Below, one piece after another: positions 8,934 to 17,471 of a stretch of 64,000 nt of DNA. The notes beneath the pieces were generated by a model. It saw nothing but the letters and a program-made list of their open reading frames with translations, made no database searches and was not told where the DNA came from. Position 1 is the first letter of the stretch, and each line of letters begins with the position of its first letter. The position numbers were made by a program, and so were the translations under genes. The stretch comes from Gemmatimonadota bacterium (GTDB taxonomy: Bacteria; JAAXHH01), in contig VXTP01000044.1 in the NCBI GenBank assembly GCA_009837395.1, positions 17,062-81,061 of the forward strand, given 5' to 3'.

Positions 8934-9779
8934 ATGAGACTCAAACACGATGACGGTTGGAACATTCCGGCGGGGAGCCCCTTCTATCCCCCGCTTCCGG
9001 CGGTCTATCGAAACGTGCGATTCCAGTTTGTCTTCTTCCACGCCGCGCCGTCCGCTGTGCAGGACTTTCTCCCTGAGCCCTTGAAGGCGGCGGAGGACGG
9101 AATGTGCGTGGCTTCCGGGCTGGAGGTGCCAGATTGTAAAAACTACGGCCCCTTCGAAGAGTCTTTCATCGTGATGAAGTGTCATTTCCGGGATCAGACC
9201 GGGTTCTATTGCTCCCATGTCTTCCACAACGGTCCCGCAGGCATCGCCGCGGGCCGGGAGATCTACGGGACGCCGAAGGTTTGCGCGGAAATGAAGGTAA
9301 CCCATGGGGACCGGTCCATGGTGACGGAGACCTCCTATGGCGGGGTGCCGGTATTGCGCATTGCCTCAAGTGTGGAAACCGGCGTTCCCCGGGATGCCGT
9401 TGCCGGCCAGGCTGCCGGCGCTTCGCAGGATGCCGGCACCGCGCCCGGCACTTGTCCCGCACCCGATGCCGGTGCTGGCCTCGACGCGATGCCGGCCCTT
9501 ACTCCGGCCTGGCGCTTGAAGATCATACCCCGGGCCGACGGTCCGGGGCCTGCCATCAAACAGTTGATCGACTGCACCAAAACGGCTCGGGACGTGGAAG
9601 TGCATTCTTTCGCGCAGGGGAAGGGCACCATCGAACTCGACGCTTCCCCTCGGTGCGACCTCACCCCGCTGAAGCCGCTCGAATACGGCGACGCCTTCCA
9701 CATGGAGAGTAGCTATACCGAAGGATATGCGCGGGTTGTTTACGACTATTTGCGCGATGGACCGTCCGAGAAACCGTAA
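8934..9779 (+). CDS. Acetoacetate decarboxylase family protein
   Basis: GIAAGREIYGTPK Schiff-base lysine motif, LPEPL, LKIIPRADG; carries a low-complexity Ala/Gly/Pro insert. Confidence 0.85.
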   Translation: MRLKHDDGWNIPAGSPFYPPLPAVYRNVRFQFVFFHAAPSAVQDFLPEPLKAAEDGMCVASGLEVPDCKNYGPFEESFIVMKCHFRDQTGFYCSHVFHNGPAGIAAGREIYGTPKVCAEMKVTHGDRSMVTETSYGGVPVLRIASSVETGVPRDAVAGQAAGASQDAGTAPGTCPAPDAGAGLDAMPALTPAWRLKIIPRADGPGPAIKQLIDCTKTARDVEVHSFAQGKGTIELDASPRCDLTPLKPLEYGDAFHMESSYTEGYARVVYDYLRDGPSEKP

Positions 9780-9782
9780 CCG

Positions 9783-10508
9783 ATGAGCGACACACTAAAG
9801 GTCGGCATTCTATACCCGCTCTATTCCGCGGAGGATGACTACCCTCGCCTTGCAGCCGCGCTGAAGCCTGCGGTGGATGTCCGGATGGTCCATACCGACA
9901 GTCCCAACCTGCATCGTATCGACGAGACGCAGATCACCGGCAGCCGGGAATTCCTGTTGGCGGGCGCGGACGAACTGCGTTCTCACGACGTCGACGTCTG
10001 TATGTGGGCGTGCACGAGCGGGAGTTTCGTCTTCGGGGTGGAAGGTGCCCGACGCCAGGCGCAGGATCTTGCCGATGCACTCGGCGTTCCGTCATCGAGT
10101 ACGTCGCTGGCGTTCTTGAGTGCCTGCAAAGCCCTCGGGCTCAGAAAGGTCGCCGTCGCCGCGACCTACCCGGAAGAACTGTCGAAAGCCTTTCGCTCTT
10201 TTCTCGAGGCAGACGGCCTCGAAGTAGTCCACATGGGATGTCTTGGTGTATGGACGGGGGATGAGTCCGCGCTCATTGAACGCGACGAGGTCCTGCGCTT
10301 CGCACGAGCTAACGATCATCCAGACGCGGAAGCAGTCCTGATTCCCGACACCGCATTGCACACTGTGGGTTTCCAGTCTGAACTCGAGACGGCGGTCGGC
10401 AAGACGGTGCTGACGGCAAACCAGGTGACGATGTGGGAAGCCCTGCGGCTTGCGAACCGTCTGACACAGCAGTCCGGTTTGGGACAGTTGATGGAAGTCA
10501 CCGCTTGA
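9783..10508 (+). CDS. Maleate cis-trans isomerase / Asp-Glu racemase family protein
   Basis: WACTSGSF, VAATYP, PDTALHT, VLTANQ. Confidence 0.88.
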   Translation: MSDTLKVGILYPLYSAEDDYPRLAAALKPAVDVRMVHTDSPNLHRIDETQITGSREFLLAGADELRSHDVDVCMWACTSGSFVFGVEGARRQAQDLADALGVPSSSTSLAFLSACKALGLRKVAVAATYPEELSKAFRSFLEADGLEVVHMGCLGVWTGDESALIERDEVLRFARANDHPDAEAVLIPDTALHTVGFQSELETAVGKTVLTANQVTMWEALRLANRLTQQSGLGQLMEVTA

Positions 10509-10536
10509 CGTTTGACGGAAACCTAAGGAGACCGGC

Positions 10537-11022
10537 ATGGATCGTTTTATTGAAGTGACCTTGAAGAAACGCGGTGTGAGCTGCATAGCGCGATTGCTGG
10601 ACGACCTCGCGCCCAGAACATGCGAGGCGATGTGGAACGCCCTCCCGCAGGAGGGAGATGCCTTTCACGCCAAGTATGCGAGCAACGAAGTCTATACCCT
10701 CGTCCCATCCTTCGCGCCAAGCGAGATCGGTATGGAGAATCCCACAGTTACGCCGATCACCGGCGATCTGCTTTACTTCTTCTTTCCCCCCGGCGCCGTT
10801 AATGTGCCATCGTTGCGCGAGGCCGCGGTCAGTACGGGTCTGGTCGATCTTGCGATCTTCTACGGACGGGACAATCTGATCCTGTCGCCCAACATGGGCC
10901 TGGTCCCCGGTAATCGCTTTGGCGAGGTTACGGAGAATCTCGAGGAGATGGTGGAGGCGTGCACGAGCGTCTGGCGCGAGGGATTCGCCGGAGAGCGGCT
11001 GGCGTTCAGCCGGGTGGAGTAG
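10537..11022 (+). CDS. DUF3830 family protein (cyclophilin-like fold)
   Basis: LLDDLAPRTC, HAKYASNEVY, ENPTVTPITGD, LAIFYGR. Confidence 0.85.
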   Translation: MDRFIEVTLKKRGVSCIARLLDDLAPRTCEAMWNALPQEGDAFHAKYASNEVYTLVPSFAPSEIGMENPTVTPITGDLLYFFFPPGAVNVPSLREAAVSTGLVDLAIFYGRDNLILSPNMGLVPGNRFGEVTENLEEMVEACTSVWREGFAGERLAFSRVE

Positions 11023-11077
11023 ATCGGATCAGTTCACCCATCGTATCGCTCTTTAGGGTTCTTTCGTTGAGCCTGCC

Positions 11078-11659
11078 TTATGGATTCTGATTGGGATGAA
11101 TCGGGCGTTGCCGGACGTATTCCGATCGCGTGATCTCGAAATCCAGCTTTCTGTCCGACGATTCGCCTGCGATTCTCAGTCCACAGGCCCGCCATAGCGC
11201 GACGGAACGGGCGTTGTTCACGGAAACATCTATGGGACGAAGCCGGTCGATTTCCAGCACCTCAAACGCGTACTCCATCAAACAGCATACTACTTCCCTG
11301 CCATATCCTCGGCCCCACAAGGACTTGTCCCAAATCCCGATCGGCATGCGCATCACCTTCTCGTCCGGAATCTTTGCGCGGTCCAGATTCATCCACTGAA
11401 GGCATACCTCGCCGATCGTCCTGCCGCTCGCCTTTTCCACGATGGCAAAAAGAAACCCTTGCTCTGCCATGATCCTGCCCACCCGTGTGAGCGAATCCGC
11501 CGTCGGCGGATCGGCCGGCGGTTCTCCTTCCATGGCATTCAGGAATTCGGAATCCCGGTAGTAGGCCTCCGCGATCTCGAAATCTGCCTCCCGGAAAGGA
11601 CGAAGTTGCAGGCGCGCGGTTTGCAGATGGACCTGGTGCCCGGCAAAGTGATCTTGCAT
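11078..11659 (-). CDS. GNAT N-acetyltransferase (RimJ/RimL-like)
   Basis: LQTARLQLRPF, WGRGYG, NARSVAL. Confidence 0.85.
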   Translation of the reverse strand: MQDHFAGHQVHLQTARLQLRPFREADFEIAEAYYRDSEFLNAMEGEPPADPPTADSLTRVGRIMAEQGFLFAIVEKASGRTIGEVCLQWMNLDRAKIPDEKVMRMPIGIWDKSLWGRGYGREVVCCLMEYAFEVLEIDRLRPIDVSVNNARSVALWRACGLRIAGESSDRKLDFEITRSEYVRQRPIHPNQNP

Positions 11660-11713
11660 GTCCGAATGATGTTCCTTGACCGTGATTTCACGTGAATACG
11701 TTTTGAATCAGGC

Positions 11714-12406
11714 TCAATCCAGACTTAACAGGGCAGGGAGGTCGGTCAATGTAGCGATTTGGCAATCGGGTTCTATTCCCGTATCATTGAATGCGCCATT
11801 GCGATTCAACCACACCGCACGCACACCAACGGCCTGCGCGCCTCCGACGTCCGTTTCCAGCGAATCGCCCACGTGTAACAGTTGGTCCAGGCCACAGCCT
11901 GCCCTCTGTGCCGCGATCTGAAAGGTTTCCGGATCCGGTTTCTCGATTCCGATATCCTGTGCGTAGACGGCGAAGTCGAAACGTCCGTCGAGTCCGAAGT
12001 ACTCCGGGTAGTTGTTGCCATTCGACAGCAGGCCGAGTTTGAAACGCGGGGCAAGGGCATCGAGCATGGGCACGACGTCCTCGTAGGGTTCGATGTCGTT
12101 GTACCGGTGTTCCAGGTATACTTCGTTAAGACGTGTCGAGAGATCGGGTCCCGTGTATCCTACGTAATCAAGCATTTTGTAGAAGGACCTCCGCCGGATC
12201 TCGTCGAAGTCTCTTACCTTTCCCACGTAATATTTCTCTTCCCGGTCACGAATAGACCACATCTGCTCAACCGTCAGGCTCTGGGATCGCTTGCCCGGTA
12301 CGCGCTTTATCAGTTCCTCACGAACGGATTCCATGGATCGCATGATGACCAGGTCTGTGTCGATCAGGGTCTGGTCGACGTCGAAGGAAATTGCGGTGAT
12401 GTTCAC
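11714..12406 (-). CDS. HAD-family hydrolase
   Basis: FDVDQTL, LSNGN, EKPD, HVGDSLETD. Confidence 0.9.
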   Translation of the reverse strand: MNITAISFDVDQTLIDTDLVIMRSMESVREELIKRVPGKRSQSLTVEQMWSIRDREEKYYVGKVRDFDEIRRRSFYKMLDYVGYTGPDLSTRLNEVYLEHRYNDIEPYEDVVPMLDALAPRFKLGLLSNGNNYPEYFGLDGRFDFAVYAQDIGIEKPDPETFQIAAQRAGCGLDQLLHVGDSLETDVGGAQAVGVRAVWLNRNGAFNDTGIEPDCQIATLTDLPALLSLD

Positions 12407-12515
12407 GGTTTACCCCAGGTAGCTTCGGTGAAAGCCATACAGACAGATTTAGACCGGAAAATTGCACTTCAGCATAAAGTACAGTATTAGGAAGTAGTGA
12501 TCACCCTGTAAATAA

Positions 12516-12575
12516 TGTATATAAAACTTGATAAAATGATTATATATATTTACATTATGTCATAATAACTCGACA
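12516..12575. promoter_or_regulatory. Three 18-bp imperfect palindromes at 21-bp period, putative XRE operators
   Basis: TGTATA-N6-TTGATA (12516), TGATTA-N6-TTTACA (12537), TGTCAT-N6-TCGACA (12558). Confidence 0.7.
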
Positions 12576-12631
12576 CGGCGATTACTTCAGTACATTACAA
12601 ATTCAATCTTCGAGTGAGGAGGCAGCACACG

Positions 12632-13012
12632 ATGAGACAAACTACAATACGTTATTTGCTGGAATTCGGCGGCTCCATGCTGGCCTATGTAGTCGTACAG
12701 GTAGCGTCGCTGATGTTTCTGAGAGAGAACCTCGATTCACCCTGGCGGATCCCGGTTACGGTGGCGCCGGTGATCCCCTTCGTGTTCATGATGCTGGCCG
12801 TGGTTCGTTTCGTTCGGCGTATGGATGAAATGCTCAGGCACTTACATCTTGAAGCGGTTGTGATCGCGTACATTGCCACCCTGATATTCTGTTTGAGCTA
12901 CGGGTTGCTGGAAAACGTGGGATTTCCTTCCTTCAACACGATGTGGGTTGGCTTTGTCATGATTCTGCTTTGGAGTATGGGGCAACTCGTCGCCGGCAGG
13001 AAGTACCGATGA
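12632..13012 (+). CDS. Hypothetical 4-TM membrane protein
   Basis: GAGGAGG RBS, four hydrophobic segments, RRMDE loop; ATGA overlap with the XRE gene. Confidence 0.8.
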   Translation: MRQTTIRYLLEFGGSMLAYVVVQVASLMFLRENLDSPWRIPVTVAPVIPFVFMMLAVVRFVRRMDEMLRHLHLEAVVIAYIATLIFCLSYGLLENVGFPSFNTMWVGFVMILLWSMGQLVAGRKYR

Positions 13013-13221
13013 GAAACCGTCTGAAGGTATTGCGCGCCGAAAGGGACTGGACCCAGGCCGAACTGGCGGATCGTTTGAAAGTCTCGAGGCAGACAGTGAA
13101 TGCCATTGAGAAAGGCAAGTATGACCCGAGCCTGTCCCTGGCCTTCAAGATCTCCAGGTTATTTGATATGCCGATTGAGCAGGTGTTTGTTGAAGAGAAG
13201 ATTACGAATCTTGAGCAGTAA
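13009..13221 (+). CDS. XRE-family helix-turn-helix transcriptional regulator
   Basis: MRNRLKVLRAERDWTQAELADRLKVSRQTVNAIEKGKYDPSL. Confidence 0.93.
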   Translation: MRNRLKVLRAERDWTQAELADRLKVSRQTVNAIEKGKYDPSLSLAFKISRLFDMPIEQVFVEEKITNLEQ

Positions 13222-13374
13222 ACCGTAGAGATTGACCATTGCTGGCACATCAAGTCCTCAGGCCTTTGTCACCAACTTAGTCCCTGGATGAGGCCGAACT
13301 TCGTGCTCCAGGCGACCTGCTGAATGTCGCCTTGCTACTTATGGTCTCTTACTTGTGTATGAATGGCTGAGACG

Positions 13375-15036
13375 CTACGCACGTTCCGGCAGCCACTCTT
13401 CCCGGATCCACTCATTCCATCGGCGCGCAAGATCCAGCCGCGATGCACGGAGGTCGTCGGAGTAGAACGGCTCTCCATGCCTGTAAGGCGGCGTCATTTC
13501 CAGCCGGTGAGCCGTTATTGCTTCCAGCGCATTCCTTCGAGTTGCAAAGCTCGAAATTCGATTCGCCCGGGCGTCCTCCTCCAGGCCGGCCAGGATTGCA
13601 CAGGCCATTCGCGGATCCGCCATCTGTACGGCAAGCTGGAGGGCCGCGTAGCGGACATCCGGGTTCGTATCATTGAAGAGGTCGGGTAACGCCGTGGTGC
13701 ATTCTGTCCAGAGATCCGAATGTTTACGCAGCAGAGATATGATGGCGGCGCGGACGAAAGGAGAATCGTCCCTGAACGCTTCGATGATCTCGGAAGCGTT
13801 TATCGAGGAGCGTCCCATGGCCAGGGCACACGACGCAGCGGCTCGGACGCGGGGATCCGTATGTCGCAAACACGTCCGGAAGGGTATCAATACATTGTCA
13901 GGGAGCGCGTTCTCGTCTCCGACAAAAGAGAGAATGGCTGCTTTAACGTGTTCCGGATCGCTATCTCCCAGCATCCCCAGTCTGGACGCTACGGATAGCG
14001 AGCGTAACACGGTCCAGGGCTGGCGGGGCCAGATTCCGTGGTCACGACGGGTTGCCGATGGCGTTGAGCCCAGGGCGGCGCGGACCGAAACGAGACCGGC
14101 GCGCAGGTCGGTCCATCCCGGCTGTTGTATGGACGATTCGATGAGGGCCGACTTCATTTCCTGGCTCGTCCATTCGGGTCGCGCCTGCCACAGACAGGCC
14201 GCGACGCCAAGGACTATCGGTCCGGCGAACGAGGTGCCGTGCAGTCGCGCGTATCGACGGGGCAGATCGTCGATCTTCCCGTAGTAGTGGTGCTCAATCT
14301 CTTTATCGGTTCCATGCGGCAGCACGATGTTCGCTGCGGGCGCCAGGATTTCGGGTATCCACTTCCCTTCGAAGGTCGTTCCCCGGCATCCGGGAAAAAC
14401 ATCCGCGCTCCCAGGATCTCCATTCGATGGAATCACGACCCCGCCGACAGAAAGAGCGGAAGGAGCCGCTGCTTCTGCCAAAGCGGCCGTCCGGTCAGAT
14501 AGGTTTCCCGAACCGGATACGACAAGAACCCCCTCGGACGCGATTTCCTCGCACAATACCCTGACTGGGTCCGACTGCCAGGGTAGAAGGCTTGCGTCCA
14601 AAGCGCTTTTTCTAGCCGTTAAAACTCCGCGAATCTCATACTTCCGCCAATTGTCCCGGATCCATTCCAGGGACCTGAGATGCGCTTCATCTATTTTTCC
14701 CGGTTGCCGGCTCTGTCCGGGAAAATAACGGGCGACGAGAAACAGATCCGCATCGTGGGCCACACCCTTGTACAGCCCCCTGGATTCGGCGCCGGAACTT
14801 GCCGCGGCGGCCGCGGCCCAGAGACCGTGGGCACCGCCTTTCCACGGTCCGGATTCAACGTTAAACTCCTTCGGAACCAGATCTGGATCCATCACCATTA
14901 CTTTGTGGGAAGTACGGTGTTGGTTCGTAGTGATATCTGGATGATTCGGAAAATCGCCGTCGACAATCGCGATACGGACACCTTTTCCGGTCAATTCATC
15001 GGGAACGTTCAGAAAGTCCCGCAACGCTGGCCACAT
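13375..15036 (-). CDS. S8 (subtilisin-like) serine peptidase with C-terminal HEAT repeats
   Basis: GKGVRIAIVD, AHG, SGN and GTSFAGP; repeats DPRVRAAA, SPFVRAA, NPDVRYAA; no signal peptide. Confidence 0.88.
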   Translation of the reverse strand: MWPALRDFLNVPDELTGKGVRIAIVDGDFPNHPDITTNQHRTSHKVMVMDPDLVPKEFNVESGPWKGGAHGLWAAAAAASSGAESRGLYKGVAHDADLFLVARYFPGQSRQPGKIDEAHLRSLEWIRDNWRKYEIRGVLTARKSALDASLLPWQSDPVRVLCEEIASEGVLVVSGSGNLSDRTAALAEAAAPSALSVGGVVIPSNGDPGSADVFPGCRGTTFEGKWIPEILAPAANIVLPHGTDKEIEHHYYGKIDDLPRRYARLHGTSFAGPIVLGVAACLWQARPEWTSQEMKSALIESSIQQPGWTDLRAGLVSVRAALGSTPSATRRDHGIWPRQPWTVLRSLSVASRLGMLGDSDPEHVKAAILSFVGDENALPDNVLIPFRTCLRHTDPRVRAAASCALAMGRSSINASEIIEAFRDDSPFVRAAIISLLRKHSDLWTECTTALPDLFNDTNPDVRYAALQLAVQMADPRMACAILAGLEEDARANRISSFATRRNALEAITAHRLEMTPPYRHGEPFYSDDLRASRLDLARRWNEWIREEWLPERA

Positions 15037-15203
15037 AGTTCCTCCTGGCGGAGTCTCGTACGGTGGAATGATCAGTCACGACAGCATGATTGCCGCGTCC
15101 CGCACTGTATTGACTTGCCTGGCTGAGTTTTGGTTTCGTCTACTCGAATTTACATTCTTTTTTCAAACGGTTCCTCATCGTGGATCGTCGTAGATAGTAG
15201 ACG

Positions 15204-15322
15204 GCCACCCGCGGCGGGGCGCCACCCGTGAGAGGCCGTCACCCGCGGTGGAGCGTTATCCGTGACAGAACATCACCCGCGGCAGCGAGGCACCAACGGA
15301 GGAGTGCTACCCGCGGCAGCGC
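15204..15322. repeat. Degenerate 17-bp tandem array, 7 units
   Basis: Units start at 15204, 15221, 15238, 15255, 15272, 15289 and 15306; core ACCCGCGG in the odd units. Confidence 0.8.
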
Positions 15323-15400
15323 GCCCTGGACGCCAGACCGCCATAGGCATGAGAACCGCTTCGATTTTATTTGCTCTCAGGTTGATGATCGGATCCGCGC

Positions 15401-15913
15401 ATGACTGTCGGTGATCTTTATGAAACGTATGCCGCTCAACTGATGAAGCACGCTCGACGGCTGACAGCGGACGAAGACAACGCGGATGATCTGCTGCAGG
15501 AAACGTTCATGAGAGCCATGAGAAACCTGGGTCTGCTCAAATCGCTGTCGTCCCACCGGAGGCGTGCCTGGATGTTCAGGACCATGGGCAATCTGTTCGT
15601 GGACAAGCAACGTGCCCGGCGGAGAGAAAGGGCATTCCTCGGGACACTACACCAAATCCTAAAGGAGGAGTCGATCCATAAAACCGCCGGATGGCGGTCT
15701 GATACGGATGCACACATTTTCGAAACGATCAGCATACCGGAGATGATGAGGCACATACCGGAGAAAGATCACGATCTCTTTCATATGCGTTTCGTAACGG
15801 GAATGACCAGCGAGGAAATCGCCAGTCGGACGGGAATTCCGGCTTCGACGGTCCGTTTTCGCCTGCACGTGGCCATCAGGAAACTGCGTGCGCGAAAATC
15901 CCGGTTCGCCTGA
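15401..15913 (+). CDS. ECF-type RNA polymerase sigma factor
   Basis: ADDLLQETFMRA (region 2), AWMFRTMGN, TSEEIA...STVRFRLH (region 4). Confidence 0.92.
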   Translation: MTVGDLYETYAAQLMKHARRLTADEDNADDLLQETFMRAMRNLGLLKSLSSHRRRAWMFRTMGNLFVDKQRARRRERAFLGTLHQILKEESIHKTAGWRSDTDAHIFETISIPEMMRHIPEKDHDLFHMRFVTGMTSEEIASRTGIPASTVRFRLHVAIRKLRARKSRFA

Positions 15914-16015
15914 CGATGCGTCGGTATCGAATCCCCGAGAGCACGATGCCGAGTCACCTCAGTTACTGGTTCCCGGTTGCGGATGCACGCCACACCAAAG
16001 GACAGGAGGAAGACC

Positions 16016-17287
16016 ATGAAACTCGAAGAGCGCGCCCCCCGTTCGGTTCGAATCAATTGCGGCACACTGGACATGCGGGAAACCACGGAACAGGTAGCGT
16101 CCAGGATCTTGCATGTCAATGCCGGCACCGTACTGGTGACGCCTGAAACCAGAGATTTCCTTTCGATGTTTTCCAATAACATGGGAACCCTGATCGAAGT
16201 CCCCAAAGAGGTCAGGCTGAAGACGGTCATGGCAGATGAGATCCTGGGCAGGGATGCGTTTTCAGGTGAACCAGAGCCGTTTCTTATCCTGAATATGAGC
16301 AATATCACACTGGAACCGGATGTCACCGCTGAAGGAGTGGAAGGTTCATGGAGTGAAATCATCAACATGGGGAACATCCTGTACCCGGAACACGTGGCCG
16401 GACCGATCACGAACAAACTGACGTCCAATATGGGCGGTCTCGCTTCGTACAGGACCTCCGCGCAACTTATCAACGGCGACGTTGTGCTGGATGAAGTCTA
16501 TCTGGCGACACTGCCCGACGGCGTGGACCTGGTCATCACCGGGAATCTCAGGATTCCGGAGCCCGTGCCGAACGACGCCCTCGACCGGAAGCTCAATACG
16601 GTCCACGTCAGGGGCGATGTCCTCTGCCGCGCGGGAAACGTTCGCATGCTTCGCTCCAAATATGATCCCGGGGCCGGTACTCCGCAGACGACCGTTGTGC
16701 CCGACGACCATGAACTGGTCGAACGCGACCTGTCCCTGACCGCCGGAAGCATCCGATCATGGAAGGGGAGGAAGATCTATGCTAACGGGGACGTCACGAT
16801 TCATGACGACATAGACGCAGACGCAATGGAAAGGGCGCTCGACAGTCTCGTATGCACGGGCAGGGTCCTGTGCCCGGAACCGCTGAGCGAAGTCTTTTCG
16901 GGCACCTGCGATACTTTGAACACCGATGTCGCCTTCTATGAGGGCGCCCTCTGGGTCGTGGAAACCGACCTCACGCTTCGCCAGTCGCGCCTGGATCTGA
17001 TCGAAGGGGCCGCCACACTGTACAATTCGGGAAACCTGACCATTGAAGAAGACGTAGACGCCGGGCAACTTCATGATCGTCTGGCCGCAGTTTACAATTG
17101 GGGTACGATAACCTGCTTTCCGGACCAGATGAGCGCGGTTGAAGCCAGAATGGTCGTCAATGAAGGCACGATGCACGATGCGGCCGAAGGGACGGAAAGT
17201 AACGAAGAGGAGCAGGAGGAACACGAGGAGCACGAGGAACACGAAGACGGAACGCTCACCATCAACGCCGGGAACTACAAGCTGTAG
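16016..17287 (+). CDS. Hypothetical soluble acidic protein with internal repeats
   Basis: Strong AGGAGG RBS, long ORF, recurring GxVxI..D/E..L..V...GxVLCP units. Confidence 0.8.
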   Translation: MKLEERAPRSVRINCGTLDMRETTEQVASRILHVNAGTVLVTPETRDFLSMFSNNMGTLIEVPKEVRLKTVMADEILGRDAFSGEPEPFLILNMSNITLEPDVTAEGVEGSWSEIINMGNILYPEHVAGPITNKLTSNMGGLASYRTSAQLINGDVVLDEVYLATLPDGVDLVITGNLRIPEPVPNDALDRKLNTVHVRGDVLCRAGNVRMLRSKYDPGAGTPQTTVVPDDHELVERDLSLTAGSIRSWKGRKIYANGDVTIHDDIDADAMERALDSLVCTGRVLCPEPLSEVFSGTCDTLNTDVAFYEGALWVVETDLTLRQSRLDLIEGAATLYNSGNLTIEEDVDAGQLHDRLAAVYNWGTITCFPDQMSAVEARMVVNEGTMHDAAEGTESNEEEQEEHEEHEEHEDGTLTINAGNYKL

Positions 17288-17471
17288 CCGGGGTGAAGGG
17301 CTGCCGGGTGTGATTCGCGGATAGACGCCACGAGTCGTTTGAGTTTATATTTGAAATGTGTTCGATGAGAATCGTCTACCAGACGGGACTACGCCAGTTT
17401 GAACCCTTCCGCATCATTTTACTCGAAATACCCGGAACGCCCGGGATAGCCGAGAATGTCAGCATAGCGCC

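Noticed and set aside
15204-15322. Mini-CRISPR interpretation of the periodic array
   Set aside because: The conserved core is only about 8 bp, the intervening units resemble each other rather than unique spacers, and no cas genes are present.
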